This document shows positions 21,366 to 30,930 of a DNA stretch of 64,000 nt, one piece after another. The translations under genes and the position numbers were made by a program. The stretch lies in assembly GCF_044324785.1 (NCBI RefSeq), contig NZ_CP172127.1; one strand, given 5' to 3'. How positions within the stretch are numbered: the first letter of the stretch is position 1; each line of letters starts with the position of its first letter. Under the pieces are notes generated by a model that saw only the letters and a program-made list of their open reading frames with translations, made no database searches and had not been told where the DNA came from. The stretch is from Escherichia coli. Lineage in GTDB: Bacteria > Pseudomonadota > Gammaproteobacteria > Enterobacterales > Enterobacteriaceae.

Positions 21366-22631
21366 TCAGAACTCAAAATTCACACCAGCATTCCACGATG
21401 CGGATGACCCACCTGCAGCAACTGCAACTTTTCCTGCCACATTCTCTGTGAAACGGTAGCCCACGCCCACCGCAATGGCCTGCTCATCACGGTAACCACC
21501 AACGGCTGCTGTCGCGTTAAATTTTCCAACACTGTATGGCTGGAAAAGACCGGCCAGTGCCGCGCTCTGGGCTGCACTCTCCCTTAACTCCTTCCGGTTC
21601 TCTTTAATCTGCTCCTGCATATTATTCATTCTCTCTGTCGCCATCTTCTGCCAGGCTTCCGTCAAATCCAGACGATGACTGTTATTCCTTATCGCTGCTG
21701 TATTTGAGGCTATTGCTGCATCCGTCTGCGCCCTGTTCTTCACAAGCACATCGCTGAGATGTTCTGCCTGGCTTTTCGCTTCTTTACGGGCATCCCGTAC
21801 ACTTTTATCTGTATAAGCCCGGGAAACCTGAACTGTTTCATCCGCTTTTTCTTTTATTTCATCCTGAAGAGCAAGAGAAGATGCATCCGTATACGCCACC
21901 GCTGCCGATGTGCCTGCAATAATATCCCTGCTGAGTTCATCACGTACTGCTGTAACCTGACTGTCAGTATGAGCACGGGCATCTCTGTATACACCGCCTA
22001 TCTCACCGCGCAGGGCATCCCCCGACACCCGTACAGCATCTGCAATGGCGTTGTCCATCTGTCCTTTTGTGGCCGCATCACTATCCTTAACACCATCTGA
22101 AACATTTATAATCCGGCGGGTTTCCGGTGCTCCTTTGACACTCTCTCCATATCCCTCAGGCCCGGCACCAACAGATACCACGTTATTTTCTCCCGACACC
22201 TGTGAGCCATGGCCCAGAGCTACAGAACTGGTAGAATCCTGCACAGATGAAAACGCACCAATTGCCGAGCTCTGACGAGAAGAAATAAGTGACGCTTCTT
22301 TTCCTGCAACAGTCCCCCATTCAGAGTCAGCAATAAGTGCATCATGCCCCAGACTCACACTTCCCGGAGAGTTCACAACACCAGAATTATTCCCCAAAAG
22401 CACAGTCCTGTTTGAGTCTAATAAAAAAGAATCATCACCAATCAACCATACATTTCTTACTTTATCAATCGAACGGCCAGCTACTGATTCTCCAACAAGA
22501 AAGCTATTATCTTCGCCAGGTTCAATCGGTCCGATTAAAATATCCTGAGCCTGAGCCTGAGCCGAGAGCAGCAGGGCCACACTCACTGCCAGCGCGCTTT
22601 TCTTTAAAAAAGCATCACGTCTTTTAAGCAT
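21366..22631 (-). CDS. Trimeric autotransporter adhesin (YadA-like C-terminal anchor; Eib/Saa-like)
   Basis: Signal peptide [28 protein letters not shown]; repetitive head, long coiled-coil stalk; C-terminal anchor ...[35 protein letters not shown]; RBS AGGAGA before the ATG at 22631. Confidence 0.7.
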   Translation of the reverse strand: MLKRRDAFLKKSALAVSVALLLSAQAQAQDILIGPIEPGEDNSFLVGESVAGRSIDKVRNVWLIGDDSFLLDSNRTVLLGNNSGVVNSPGSVSLGHDALIADSEWGTVAGKEASLISSRQSSAIGAFSSVQDSTSSVALGHGSQVSGENNVVSVGAGPEGYGESVKGAPETRRIINVSDGVKDSDAATKGQMDNAIADAVRVSGDALRGEIGGVYRDARAHTDSQVTAVRDELSRDIIAGTSAAVAYTDASSLALQDEIKEKADETVQVSRAYTDKSVRDARKEAKSQAEHLSDVLVKNRAQTDAAIASNTAAIRNNSHRLDLTEAWQKMATERMNNMQEQIKENRKELRESAAQSAALAGLFQPYSVGKFNATAAVGGYRDEQAIAVGVGYRFTENVAGKVAVAAGGSSASWNAGVNFEF

Positions 22632-23118
22632 TCTGTTATTCTCCTGTATTATTACTTCACCAGCCAGAACGGTAGTGCGGAGCAAAAATACAGTGATAAG
22701 AATCCTCTTTTATTAATTTAATAATGCCAGGAATATTATTGTGTATAATATGCGCCCTCAATTTAAGCAGCAGAAAAGCAATGACGAGAAAATCATTAAA
22801 ATACATAAAGATAAAACATCATAACTATAATTATAATAAGCGCGCTTATTTTAGCATCTGAACATTTAAAGTACTGCTATCACAAAACAATAAAAATCCT
22901 GGGTAATATCTCTGATGATTGAATGAGAAATTCACGATGTCTGGTGAGAATTCTGTTCAAAACGAGGAATGCAGACATACATGTGGCAGGCATGGACTTC
23001 CACCGATTTAACTTTTTTCCTTCCTTGTATTTACACATCACACATTTTGCGCTACAAAAATTTCACGTGGCACGCACCACGTGATCCGTAGAAAAGCCTC
23101 TTGTTACGAATTTCGTAA

Positions 23119-23150
23119 ACCGCACGTCTGTCTGGTCGTGCGGATTTTTT
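23119..23150 (+). terminator. Orphan intrinsic-terminator-like hairpin with U-tract
   Basis: CCGCACG-tctgtctggt-CGTGCGG followed by ATTTTTTAT; no + strand CDS upstream. Confidence 0.4.
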
Positions 23151-23343
23151 ATCCGTCAACTTCACATGAAACCGCCAGATCACTGTTTCCGGATTCAGAC
23201 ATCAGGCATATTATCATCCACAATGTCGTGAACAAGATCACACTTTTGCAATTCCTTTATTGATCGAAAGCAGTTAATCACGGAAATTAATTACCGGAGT
23301 GAAAGCATTACTGCATCGTAAATATCTACCATTTTTGACTACA

Positions 23344-23373
23344 CCCTCTGACAGAATTTTCAGAGGGTTTTTT
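23344..23373 (+). terminator. Orphan intrinsic-terminator-like hairpin with U-tract
   Basis: CCCTCTGA-cagaattt-TCAGAGGG followed by TTTTTTAT. Confidence 0.45.
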
Positions 23374-23827
23374 ATCAGTTTCACCATCCAACCCTGTACG
23401 CCAGAATGGTTTCACTGTCACTCAGTTCTGCTATTGCCTTTTTCATCTCCCTTTACCTTACGTTCTGCCAGAGTCTGAGCCATTTGAACAGGAGGTTATC
23501 ATTGATATCGTGTTCCCGGGCAATACGGGCAACAGAGGCTCCTGGTTGCAAAACCAGTTTAACCATTTGAAGTTTAACTCATTTGAAAATGATCTGCGGG
23601 GTTCTGCGGATAATGTTTTTGCTCCATAACAGGCGCCCACCAGTTTGAAAAGGTGGGCACCTACGTTACCAATACTGGCTTAATGGATACATACGGCGGT
23701 CGGTTCTTACGGTAAAACGACACAACCAAACGCTTCTTATCCTGCAATGAACTGCTTTATTACCGAGTTTAGTGACCGCACAGACACTCACTTTTAAGAA
23801 AAACAGAATGGTAAACAAACTCCATGA

Positions 23828-24007
23828 ATTACAATAGCTCTCTGGCTGCCGCCACAATAGCTTGCGCGGTTAACCCGTACTCTCTCTGTAAAAAGTCCTG
23901 AGTTTCAACCTGGCCATACCGCTCTTTAACCCCCACCCGACGCATGGGCACAGGACAAGTTTCTACAAGCACTTCAGCAACTGCTGAACCTAATCCATTA
24001 TGAATAC
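23828..24007 (-). pseudogene. 3' remnant of a transketolase C-terminal-subunit gene, truncated by the IS1-like element
   Basis: Minus-strand translation ...IHNGLGSAVAEVLVETCPVPMRRVGVKERYGQVETQDFLQREYGLTAQAIVAAARELL* resembles transketolase C-terminal domains; the upstream coding sequence is replaced by the IS1-like element at 24008. Confidence 0.5.
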
Positions 24008-24770
24008 GGTAATGACTCCAATTAGTTGAATTAGGAGTATAATAGCCACTTTTAAGGTTCTTTCATGGTCACAGTTAACCTTCATTGCTCCTGTTGCCAG
24101 TCCGTTCAGGTTTACCGTCACGGGAAGAACCCAAAGGACATGATCGATTTCGCTGCCGTGACTGTCATCGAGTGCTTCAGCTCACTTACCGTTACGAGGC
24201 CCGTAAACCGGGAGTTAAAGAGCAAATCACTGAAATGGCTTTCAACGGTGCCGGAGTTCGCGATACTGCCCGTACGCTGAAAATCGGCATTAATACTGTC
24301 ATCCGGACTTTAAAAAACTCTCGCCACGAAGAATAACGTCATACCCGGTCGCTCATGCTGATATGGCACTCATCTGCGAACTTGATGAGCAATGGAGTTT
24401 TGTCGGCAGTAAAGCGCGACAGCACTGGCTCTGGTACACGTACAACACGAAAACTGGTGGCGTTCTGGCCTACACTTTTGGCCTACGGACTGATTAAACC
24501 TGTCGTGAATTGCTGGCGCTGCTTGCCCTTTTACCATCGGTATGTTGACCACTGACGAATGGGGTAGTTACACCAGAGAGTTACCGAAGGAGAAGCATCT
24601 GACTGGTAAGATTTTTACTCAGCGCATTGAGCGCAACATCTACCTCTGAGAACCCGAATCAAACGTCTGGCCCGCAGAACTATCTGTTTCACGCGCTCTG
24701 TAGAACTTCATGAAAAAGTCATCGGTGCCTTTATCGAAAAATATATGTTCTACTAATTGGAGTCACCACC
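24008..24770 (+). mobile_element. Degenerate IS1-family element (divergent from canonical IS1, disrupted reading frames)
   Basis: IS1-like termini GGTAATGACTCCAA ... TTGGAGTCACCACC; InsA-like ...RFRCRDCHRVLQLTYRYEARKPGVKEQITEMAFNGAGVRDTARTLKIGINTVIRTLKN and InsB-like fragments split across frames. Confidence 0.7.
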
Positions 24771-25321
24771 TTCGTTTGTTTAAAGAACCTGCTGGTCCTG
24801 CCATTAATATTACCTGCTGATTGCTTCACATCCGGATTCCTCGCACTGCGCGCGGGTTATTGTTTCGTTTTCGGCCACGGGGTCGCCAGGGCTCTGTTTG
24901 CAGGCCATGATGGCCTGACCTGTACTGTTTCTCAGGCACTGAGATGTCCGTTTACGCCATTTGTTCCCGGATATCCTTAACCTCTGACGTTTGTTCCCTG
25001 CCCCTCTGTCTGATAACGAATACGCTCACAACGCACAGTACTGAACAATACCGACAACAACATGTCTTACATGAAATTCGCTGTAACATCCACCGGAAAA
25101 CATTTTCAGATATCGGATGAGGTACTACTTCCATTGACAGCGCGAGGTAACAAAATTGATGGTAACTCTGACCATTAACCGTAAACCGCAGGGTATTTTC
25201 AGTAAATCACCGGCAACGCCGCTGCAGAATAAAACGGACACAGCATACAAAATGAAGGCCGGTGACCAGATACCACAGTTGAACGATAAACAGAAACCTG
25301 CTGATAAAACACCGTGGCGAC

Positions 25322-25667
25322 ATGACAAAACGCCAGAGCAAAAACCGTAAGCGCATTATTCGTCTTGTGGAACTCTGGCCTGAGTCATTCAACCGGGAAA
25401 AAAACAAAACCACTTAAAGTGGGGATACCTGACGACCTGATACAGGATATCGCCATCCGAGAACTGGCGTTTGGCGCTGGTACATTACATGCAGCAGTGG
25501 CGTCTTATGTGCAGTCTCCGCGCTATTACCGTGCGTTAATAGCAGGTGGCGCCCGTTACAACCTGAACGGTCAGCCGTGCGGGGAAGTGACACCACAGGA
25601 ACAGAAAGAGGCAGAGACCCGTTTAATGATGCTGAATGACCGACGAAAAGACAGAAAACCTCGTTGA
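25322..25667 (+). pseudogene. FinO/ProQ-family RNA-chaperone-like gene interrupted by a frameshift in an A7 tract
   Basis: Frame 1 MTKRQSKNRKRIIRLVELWPESFNREKNKTT* stops at 25415-25417; the +1 frame continues ...KPLKVGIPDDLIQDIAIRELAFGAGTLHAAVASYVQSPRYYRALIAGGARYNLNGQPCGEVTPQE (FinO-like); junction at GGGAAAAAAACAAAACC (25395-25411). Confidence 0.55.
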
Positions 25668-25684
25668 CTGCACAACAGCGCTGT

Positions 25685-26437
25685 TCACTGAGCTGTAATC
25701 AATGTACAGCGCTGTACCGGGCGATGGGTAATACCGGTCACAACCGGTAACCCCAGAGACAATGCAACTGTTTTTAACGCAATATACTGGCCGGATGTAT
25801 CACCCCGGGCAGCCTGAAAACACCTTTCCACCCGGCATTGTCCGTCAGCACTTATCACCCGCCATGTCTGTTGCAATAAATCCACCCGTTGCGAACATTC
25901 TTCATCAACCGTGGCACTGACCCGTGGATGGCAAATGCTCGTCTGGCTGAGCAGCAACAGGCATCGCATTGTTGCTCCTCCATGTTGTTCCCGCAACCAG
26001 CGTAATACCACCGGTGGTGCTGGACTGGCCGTGTGATTACGTTCAGTAATACGCTCGTGCACCTGTCGGTAAAAGGAAGTACAGAATGCATGAATCTGTT
26101 GTCCGTTGATGTTTCCTTCTGCCGAATGGAGTGTGAAGTGGACGGCCAGCAGACGCGGCCAGTGATCCACCGCCTGCTGAATAAAACGCCGGATTTCCAC
26201 CGGCTCTGAAAGTACGGTTTCGGTTATTTGCACGATTTGATCCCCTTGAATGTTGCTGAACCGGTGTCGGTACGCAGGAAAGCACGCCGAGACCGGTACG
26301 ATGCCTGTTACAGCGAAGAACGAGGAATGACAGACGGGGGCAGCAGGTCGCCAGCACCAGGGACAGGGCTGATTTCCACAATACCAACGCTGGTATTTTG
26401 CACATTGCCAGCGTACCGGCATTACAACACGTTTCAT
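25685..26437 (-). CDS. Hypothetical protein, start overlapping the alpA stop
   Basis: ORF with ATGA overlap to alpA; cysteine/tryptophan-rich N-terminus (MKRVVMPVRWQCAKYQRWYCGNQPCPWCW); no family recognised. Confidence 0.4.
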   Translation of the reverse strand: MKRVVMPVRWQCAKYQRWYCGNQPCPWCWRPAAPVCHSSFFAVTGIVPVSACFPAYRHRFSNIQGDQIVQITETVLSEPVEIRRFIQQAVDHWPRLLAVHFTLHSAEGNINGQQIHAFCTSFYRQVHERITERNHTASPAPPVVLRWLREQHGGATMRCLLLLSQTSICHPRVSATVDEECSQRVDLLQQTWRVISADGQCRVERCFQAARGDTSGQYIALKTVALSLGLPVVTGITHRPVQRCTLITAQ

Positions 26438-26670
26438 GCGGCGACTCCCCGTGATGCTTCGATGCGCTGCTGCATCCACTGCTCCACTTCGCTTCTGTAC
26501 CAGCGGCTGCTGCGGCCCAGTTTGATGGGTTTAGGGAAATGGCCTTCACTGATCAGCTTGTAAAACCATTTGTCGGTCATACCAGTGAAGCTGGTGATGT
26601 AGTTCATGTCGATCAGGGGATCGTCGGCACGCAGCAATACGCTGTCGTGACCTGTCATTGAGGTCAACAT
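26434..26670 (-). CDS. alpA: AlpA-family phage/island transcriptional regulator
   Basis: 78 aa; ...LIDMNYITSFTGMTDKWFYKLISEGHFPKPIKLGRSSRWYRSEVEQWM matches the AlpA HTH family. Confidence 0.8.
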   Translation of the reverse strand: MLTSMTGHDSVLLRADDPLIDMNYITSFTGMTDKWFYKLISEGHFPKPIKLGRSSRWYRSEVEQWMQQRIEASRGVAA

Positions 26671-26738
26671 GGTCAGAATGTCCTCTGTGAGATTTATGAA
26701 TGTTGGGCAAATGCGGGTGAATCTGCTGAGCTGAGCTT

Positions 26739-27311
26739 TCAGAGCTGGCCTGCTACGGGATACCAGGGATTACCGGCGAGGTAACGGGCTTCCGGATCGC
26801 GCACACCACGACGATCGCGGGCGAAATCACTGAACGCCCATATCAGCTCTTTGAGTCTCTCTTCGCAGTCCGGTGAACGGGGATCCAGCAGCACATCCCG
26901 GGTAATCTGCTTCTGGTACGGTGCCGCTTCACCCGGTGACGCGAAGCCCAGTACGTTGCTCCAGGCATCCAGAATCAGCCGATCCAGTTCAGGGCCGTCG
27001 AAATATTCCTCCCTGACGCACAGCACCACGTGGTATTCCGGTTTTTCAGGATGACGAGTCAGGAGCCAGCAGAGATCACGTCCGGGGGTTGCATTCATCA
27101 GCGCACTGACGGTTTCGATAAAGGCCATACCGAACCAGGTTTTTCTGTCGCTGAAGATGTTGCCATGTTCCCCCGGCAGACGAAGCAGGATCCGCCGTAT
27201 TCGGGAGCAGGGCTGCTCACGCAGCGCACGCTCAAGGACACCGATAACTTTGCTCTGATAAGATGGCCAGAAGGGCGCCATGCTATAGTCGAAATAAGGG
27301 ATAGCATTCAT
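26739..27311 (-). CDS. YagK/YfjJ-family protein (inovirus Gp2-type), apparently 5'-truncated relative to its paralogue
   Basis: Similar to the 27668..28399 paralogue (YHVVLCVREEYF vs YHVILLLNKDTW); the paralogue's conserved 5' leader motif lies about 160 bp upstream of this gene. Confidence 0.55.
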   Translation of the reverse strand: MNAIPYFDYSMAPFWPSYQSKVIGVLERALREQPCSRIRRILLRLPGEHGNIFSDRKTWFGMAFIETVSALMNATPGRDLCWLLTRHPEKPEYHVVLCVREEYFDGPELDRLILDAWSNVLGFASPGEAAPYQKQITRDVLLDPRSPDCEERLKELIWAFSDFARDRRGVRDPEARYLAGNPWYPVAGQL

Positions 27312-27667
27312 AAGATATGTTCCGTTATACGCAGCCCACAACGCGTCCTGCCCGTGGATGCGCTGACGTGTTATGGCTTGCGTATGGGGTTGATGGAATA
27401 AGTGAAAAACCGCGGCAGAACGGGAAGATCAGGTAACCGACAAGGGACAGAACACCGGATGCAGGTTCAGAATGAATGATCTCCGTTGACTTCGGTTCAC
27501 ATCATTAAGCAGGACAGTAAGGTTTTACCGACGGAGTGTTTCCAGGAGCGAAAGCAGAGAAAAATACCGTTGCATGACTTCAGGACGACTTTTTCAGAAA
27601 ACGAGCTAAGGGCGTCAGCCAACGTCCTGTAGCATAAGCTCAGGCACCGGATGTCGTTTTACAGGGC

Positions 27668-28399
27668 TCACCTGCCATCCAGTAGACGCCCCGGCCCACG
27701 ACTGCAACCATAATTACGTTGCCCGGAACCGTTATGCAACTTCGTTTCATATTTCACGAGATAACTGGCTCTGTTCCGGGCTTTCTGCATCGCTTCCACA
27801 TCACCACGCTTGACCCAGAGCACAGCGGATTCACCCGGCTTTTTGTCTGAAGCCTTCCTGGTATCAGAACATCCACCCGACAAAGGCGTATCATCGGAAG
27901 AAGGGCGAGCATCAGATGATGTCGGTTTACGGAAAGGCGTCCGCCTGGAAAAATGAACCAGTCCATTACCCTGCCAGGGCTCAAGATGCAGAGCACTACA
28001 CCATGCCAGCTTGATCAGTGTCGCCAGCGAAGAAGGAACGGTGAAATCCCCTGGCGAGCACCAGGTATCTTTGTTGAGCAGCAATATCACGTGATAATGT
28101 TTCCTGCCTTTTTCCTTGCCAAACTCCCGGCACCAGAAATAACGCAGAGTGGTTGCACGCACACGCTTGTTGGCACGTCGTTTTTTCCGCTGGTAAGCCT
28201 GAATTTTGGCTTTCAGGGATGCAAAAAAACGAGAAATCACCGCTGAATCCGGATCGGGATCCATGATGGTGACAGGCATATACTCAGGGAAACGTAAATC
28301 CACCCGGATTAACGAGACGGCACGGTGCTGCGCCAGGGCACTGTCGAGAAGGCTGTCAAAACGGGATAACCAGTAAGCATTATGTATTGGTTGATTCAT
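27668..28399 (-). CDS. YagK/YfjJ-family protein (inovirus Gp2-type)
   Basis: 243-aa ORF; RBS GGAG about 10 nt upstream of the ATG; family assignment from recalled CP4-type island proteins. Confidence 0.6.
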   Translation of the reverse strand: MNQPIHNAYWLSRFDSLLDSALAQHRAVSLIRVDLRFPEYMPVTIMDPDPDSAVISRFFASLKAKIQAYQRKKRRANKRVRATTLRYFWCREFGKEKGRKHYHVILLLNKDTWCSPGDFTVPSSLATLIKLAWCSALHLEPWQGNGLVHFSRRTPFRKPTSSDARPSSDDTPLSGGCSDTRKASDKKPGESAVLWVKRGDVEAMQKARNRASYLVKYETKLHNGSGQRNYGCSRGPGRLLDGR

Positions 28400-29319
28400 G
28401 ATGAGAGATCTCCGTTGATTTGGATTGACTTCACATCATTAATCACCGCAGTAAAACTTTACGGCGTCCTGTCATTAAGCAACACCAGTGGCTCCTGATT
28501 AGAACAGAATGAGTTTCCCACGAACAAAAAGACAAACCTACACGCAGGGTAAAAACACGCAACAACAGCATGAATGGATTTGAAAACAATATGGATGACG
28601 AAAAATGTCAAAAGTGAAACGGATCAACAGAACGTGCAAACAAAACGTCAGAAACGCAATCAGAGCACTTTCTGGCGCTGTGAATCAACAACAACACCAA
28701 AACCTACAGCTTAACCACATTACTCAATCACGAATGCGAATGACACGTTTAAAACCTGTTTACAGATAACGCCGTAACACGATCATCCCCATCACCATCA
28801 GAATCGATTTTCTCATCCCGAAAATGTTACGTTTCACTACGCACCATAAAAACGATTAACCATCGATAACGTAAATCTCATCTGAATCAAAAAACCAAAA
28901 CCAATCATCACACTTTCGCAATGCAAGAAGAAAAACCACATCATGACGAAAACAATGACCTTACATGAAAAAGCAAAACGTCAGGAATCGTTAATGCCTC
29001 AATCTGATTGTTATCAAAACATCCAGAAAGTCGTTTAACAGAATCGTCGTAAGCACATCGAAAAGAACGTCAGATCACCTCAGGAAAGTTCGGGTTGATT
29101 TAGCGTAAAGATACTTTTCTCAGCTTAACGTCGAAACACAAACCAAAAACCACAAACAACCAAAGCTCAGGAAAGGTTAAACGTCACATCAGTAAAATCG
29201 AATAGCAGATTGATTGCTTAAACAGAAAGGTTTTACAGCAGCTTTAAACTGATTTTAGCTAACGTAAAGATTTACTAAACTGGATGAGTTTCAGACAAAG
29301 CAATGTGTACAGCAATGCT

Positions 29320-29500
29320 TAATGAAAACACTTATAGGGCTGTTTATGAAAACACGTGTATGTCTGGTAAAACACTTAGTAGAAAATACGTGTATAACAC
29401 TTACTGAAATGCTTAGTAAAAATACTTAGTAAAATATGTGTAGAATTATCTATTTAAAAAGATATGTATATAACACTTAATAAAAACATGTGTATATAGT
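29320..29500 (+). repeat. Cluster of at least 7 degenerate 11-bp direct repeats (AAAA[CT]A[CT][GT]T[AG][TG]); iteron-like
   Basis: aaaacacttat, aaaacacgtgt, aaaacacttag, aaaatacgtgt, aaaatacttag, aaaatatgtgt, aaaacatgtgt within about 180 bp of an ORF-free AT-rich stretch. Confidence 0.6.
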
Positions 29501-30138
29501 ATCATACCGACATTCTCAACATCTTCAGACTTCCATACATACTGGGTGTTGATTTCTCACTTTTACAGCCAGCATGGAGTTTTCTGTCCTAAAAACAGAG
29601 CAGATTTACTCTGGAATTATTTTTCTGCCCCCGTATTTCAGGCCCCAGAAAAGACAATCCGAAGCAAACCGTTTGTCAGCCTCCATATCATCTTTTACCC
29701 CCGGAAAGTGATCGCGTTTTACAACCAGAATGACAGCCATACTGATTATGTCGTCTCCCGGCCCCCTTCACATATAACATGCATGTCTGTCATTGCTTAC
29801 TGCTCCACATGACCGGATTTCACATACAGGATGCACATTCAGTGTTTTTATCGCCACTATAACAGACAGATTACTGTCGTCTTTACTCTTCAGATTGTTA
29901 ATCTGACCACAAGAACAGCCGAACGGCAAAACGCCCTCCACAAGGGGCACATGAACCATAGTTGATAGCATGTTTTTCCTAATCAAGGAATAGTTCAGGA
30001 ATATTTTATTGCATTAATAACTGGCGAATAATCGTTCTGTGAACACAAAATGCTTTTATTTGTAAATTTTATTGCATTGCACTCGTTTTATTGATATGGG
30101 GTTTAATAACAGATAACCCGGAAAGAAGGAGAAAACAG

Positions 30139-30930
30139 ATGACATTACGGATTAACGATCAGGGGCGAGATAAACAGAATCAATTTTTATCGAAAAATGG
30201 AGAAAATCTGAATTCGTTAAAATCGCGTCATGTGCAGGATAGGCATTTACCTGAATGGCTTAAGGATAAAGTTGCAGCATTCTGGTTTTGTCTGGTGATA
30301 AAGGATATGAAAGTGTCAGGGAGCAGTTACTATGAACTTACCATGCAACTTCCCACTTCTGAAGAATCTGTTTGCATCAGTAAGCTGTCATCCTCAACCC
30401 ATGAGATTCGGCTGGAGATCATCAGGCGATGGATTGATAGTGTAGCACAGATAGAAACGGAAGCTTTTACTAAAAATCTCGTTGATGCCATCTATAAAAA
30501 CTGGAAGGAAATCGGGAACAAAAACCAGGCTACATGGCTTAAAAAAAATCCGGAACAACTCGAGTGGGCATGGAAATATATTAACATTCGTATTCCCGAG
30601 TCACATTTAACCTGGTTTTGCCCCGTCAATAACGAAGAGAAACGCATTGCCATCTTAGCATTGCTTAAAATACTGTATCCCGGAGATATACCATGCCAGT
30701 ACAACGACAAAGAGTTTCATGTCGGGATCTGCGCTGAAGAACATTTTTACAGAAGAATGCACGACGCTTTCAGAAAACAGTTTATCGACGGGAAAAAAGA
30801 TAAACGGGTACAAATTAACGTAAAGATATCACCGTCCGCAAAAAGCGCTCTGGACAGACTGACCAGAGCGAGGAAAACAACACAGCAGGCTATTCTGGAA
30901 CAACTGATTCTGAACGGTAGACTGGATTAA
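30139..30930 (+). CDS. Hypothetical protein (263 aa), possible ribbon-helix-helix-like C-terminus
   Basis: RBS AAGGAG 8 nt before the ATG at 30139; no recognisable catalytic motif; C-terminal ...KISPSAKSALDRLTRARKTTQQAILEQLI. Confidence 0.5.
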   Translation: MTLRINDQGRDKQNQFLSKNGENLNSLKSRHVQDRHLPEWLKDKVAAFWFCLVIKDMKVSGSSYYELTMQLPTSEESVCISKLSSSTHEIRLEIIRRWIDSVAQIETEAFTKNLVDAIYKNWKEIGNKNQATWLKKNPEQLEWAWKYINIRIPESHLTWFCPVNNEEKRIAILALLKILYPGDIPCQYNDKEFHVGICAEEHFYRRMHDAFRKQFIDGKKDKRVQINVKISPSAKSALDRLTRARKTTQQAILEQLILNGRLD

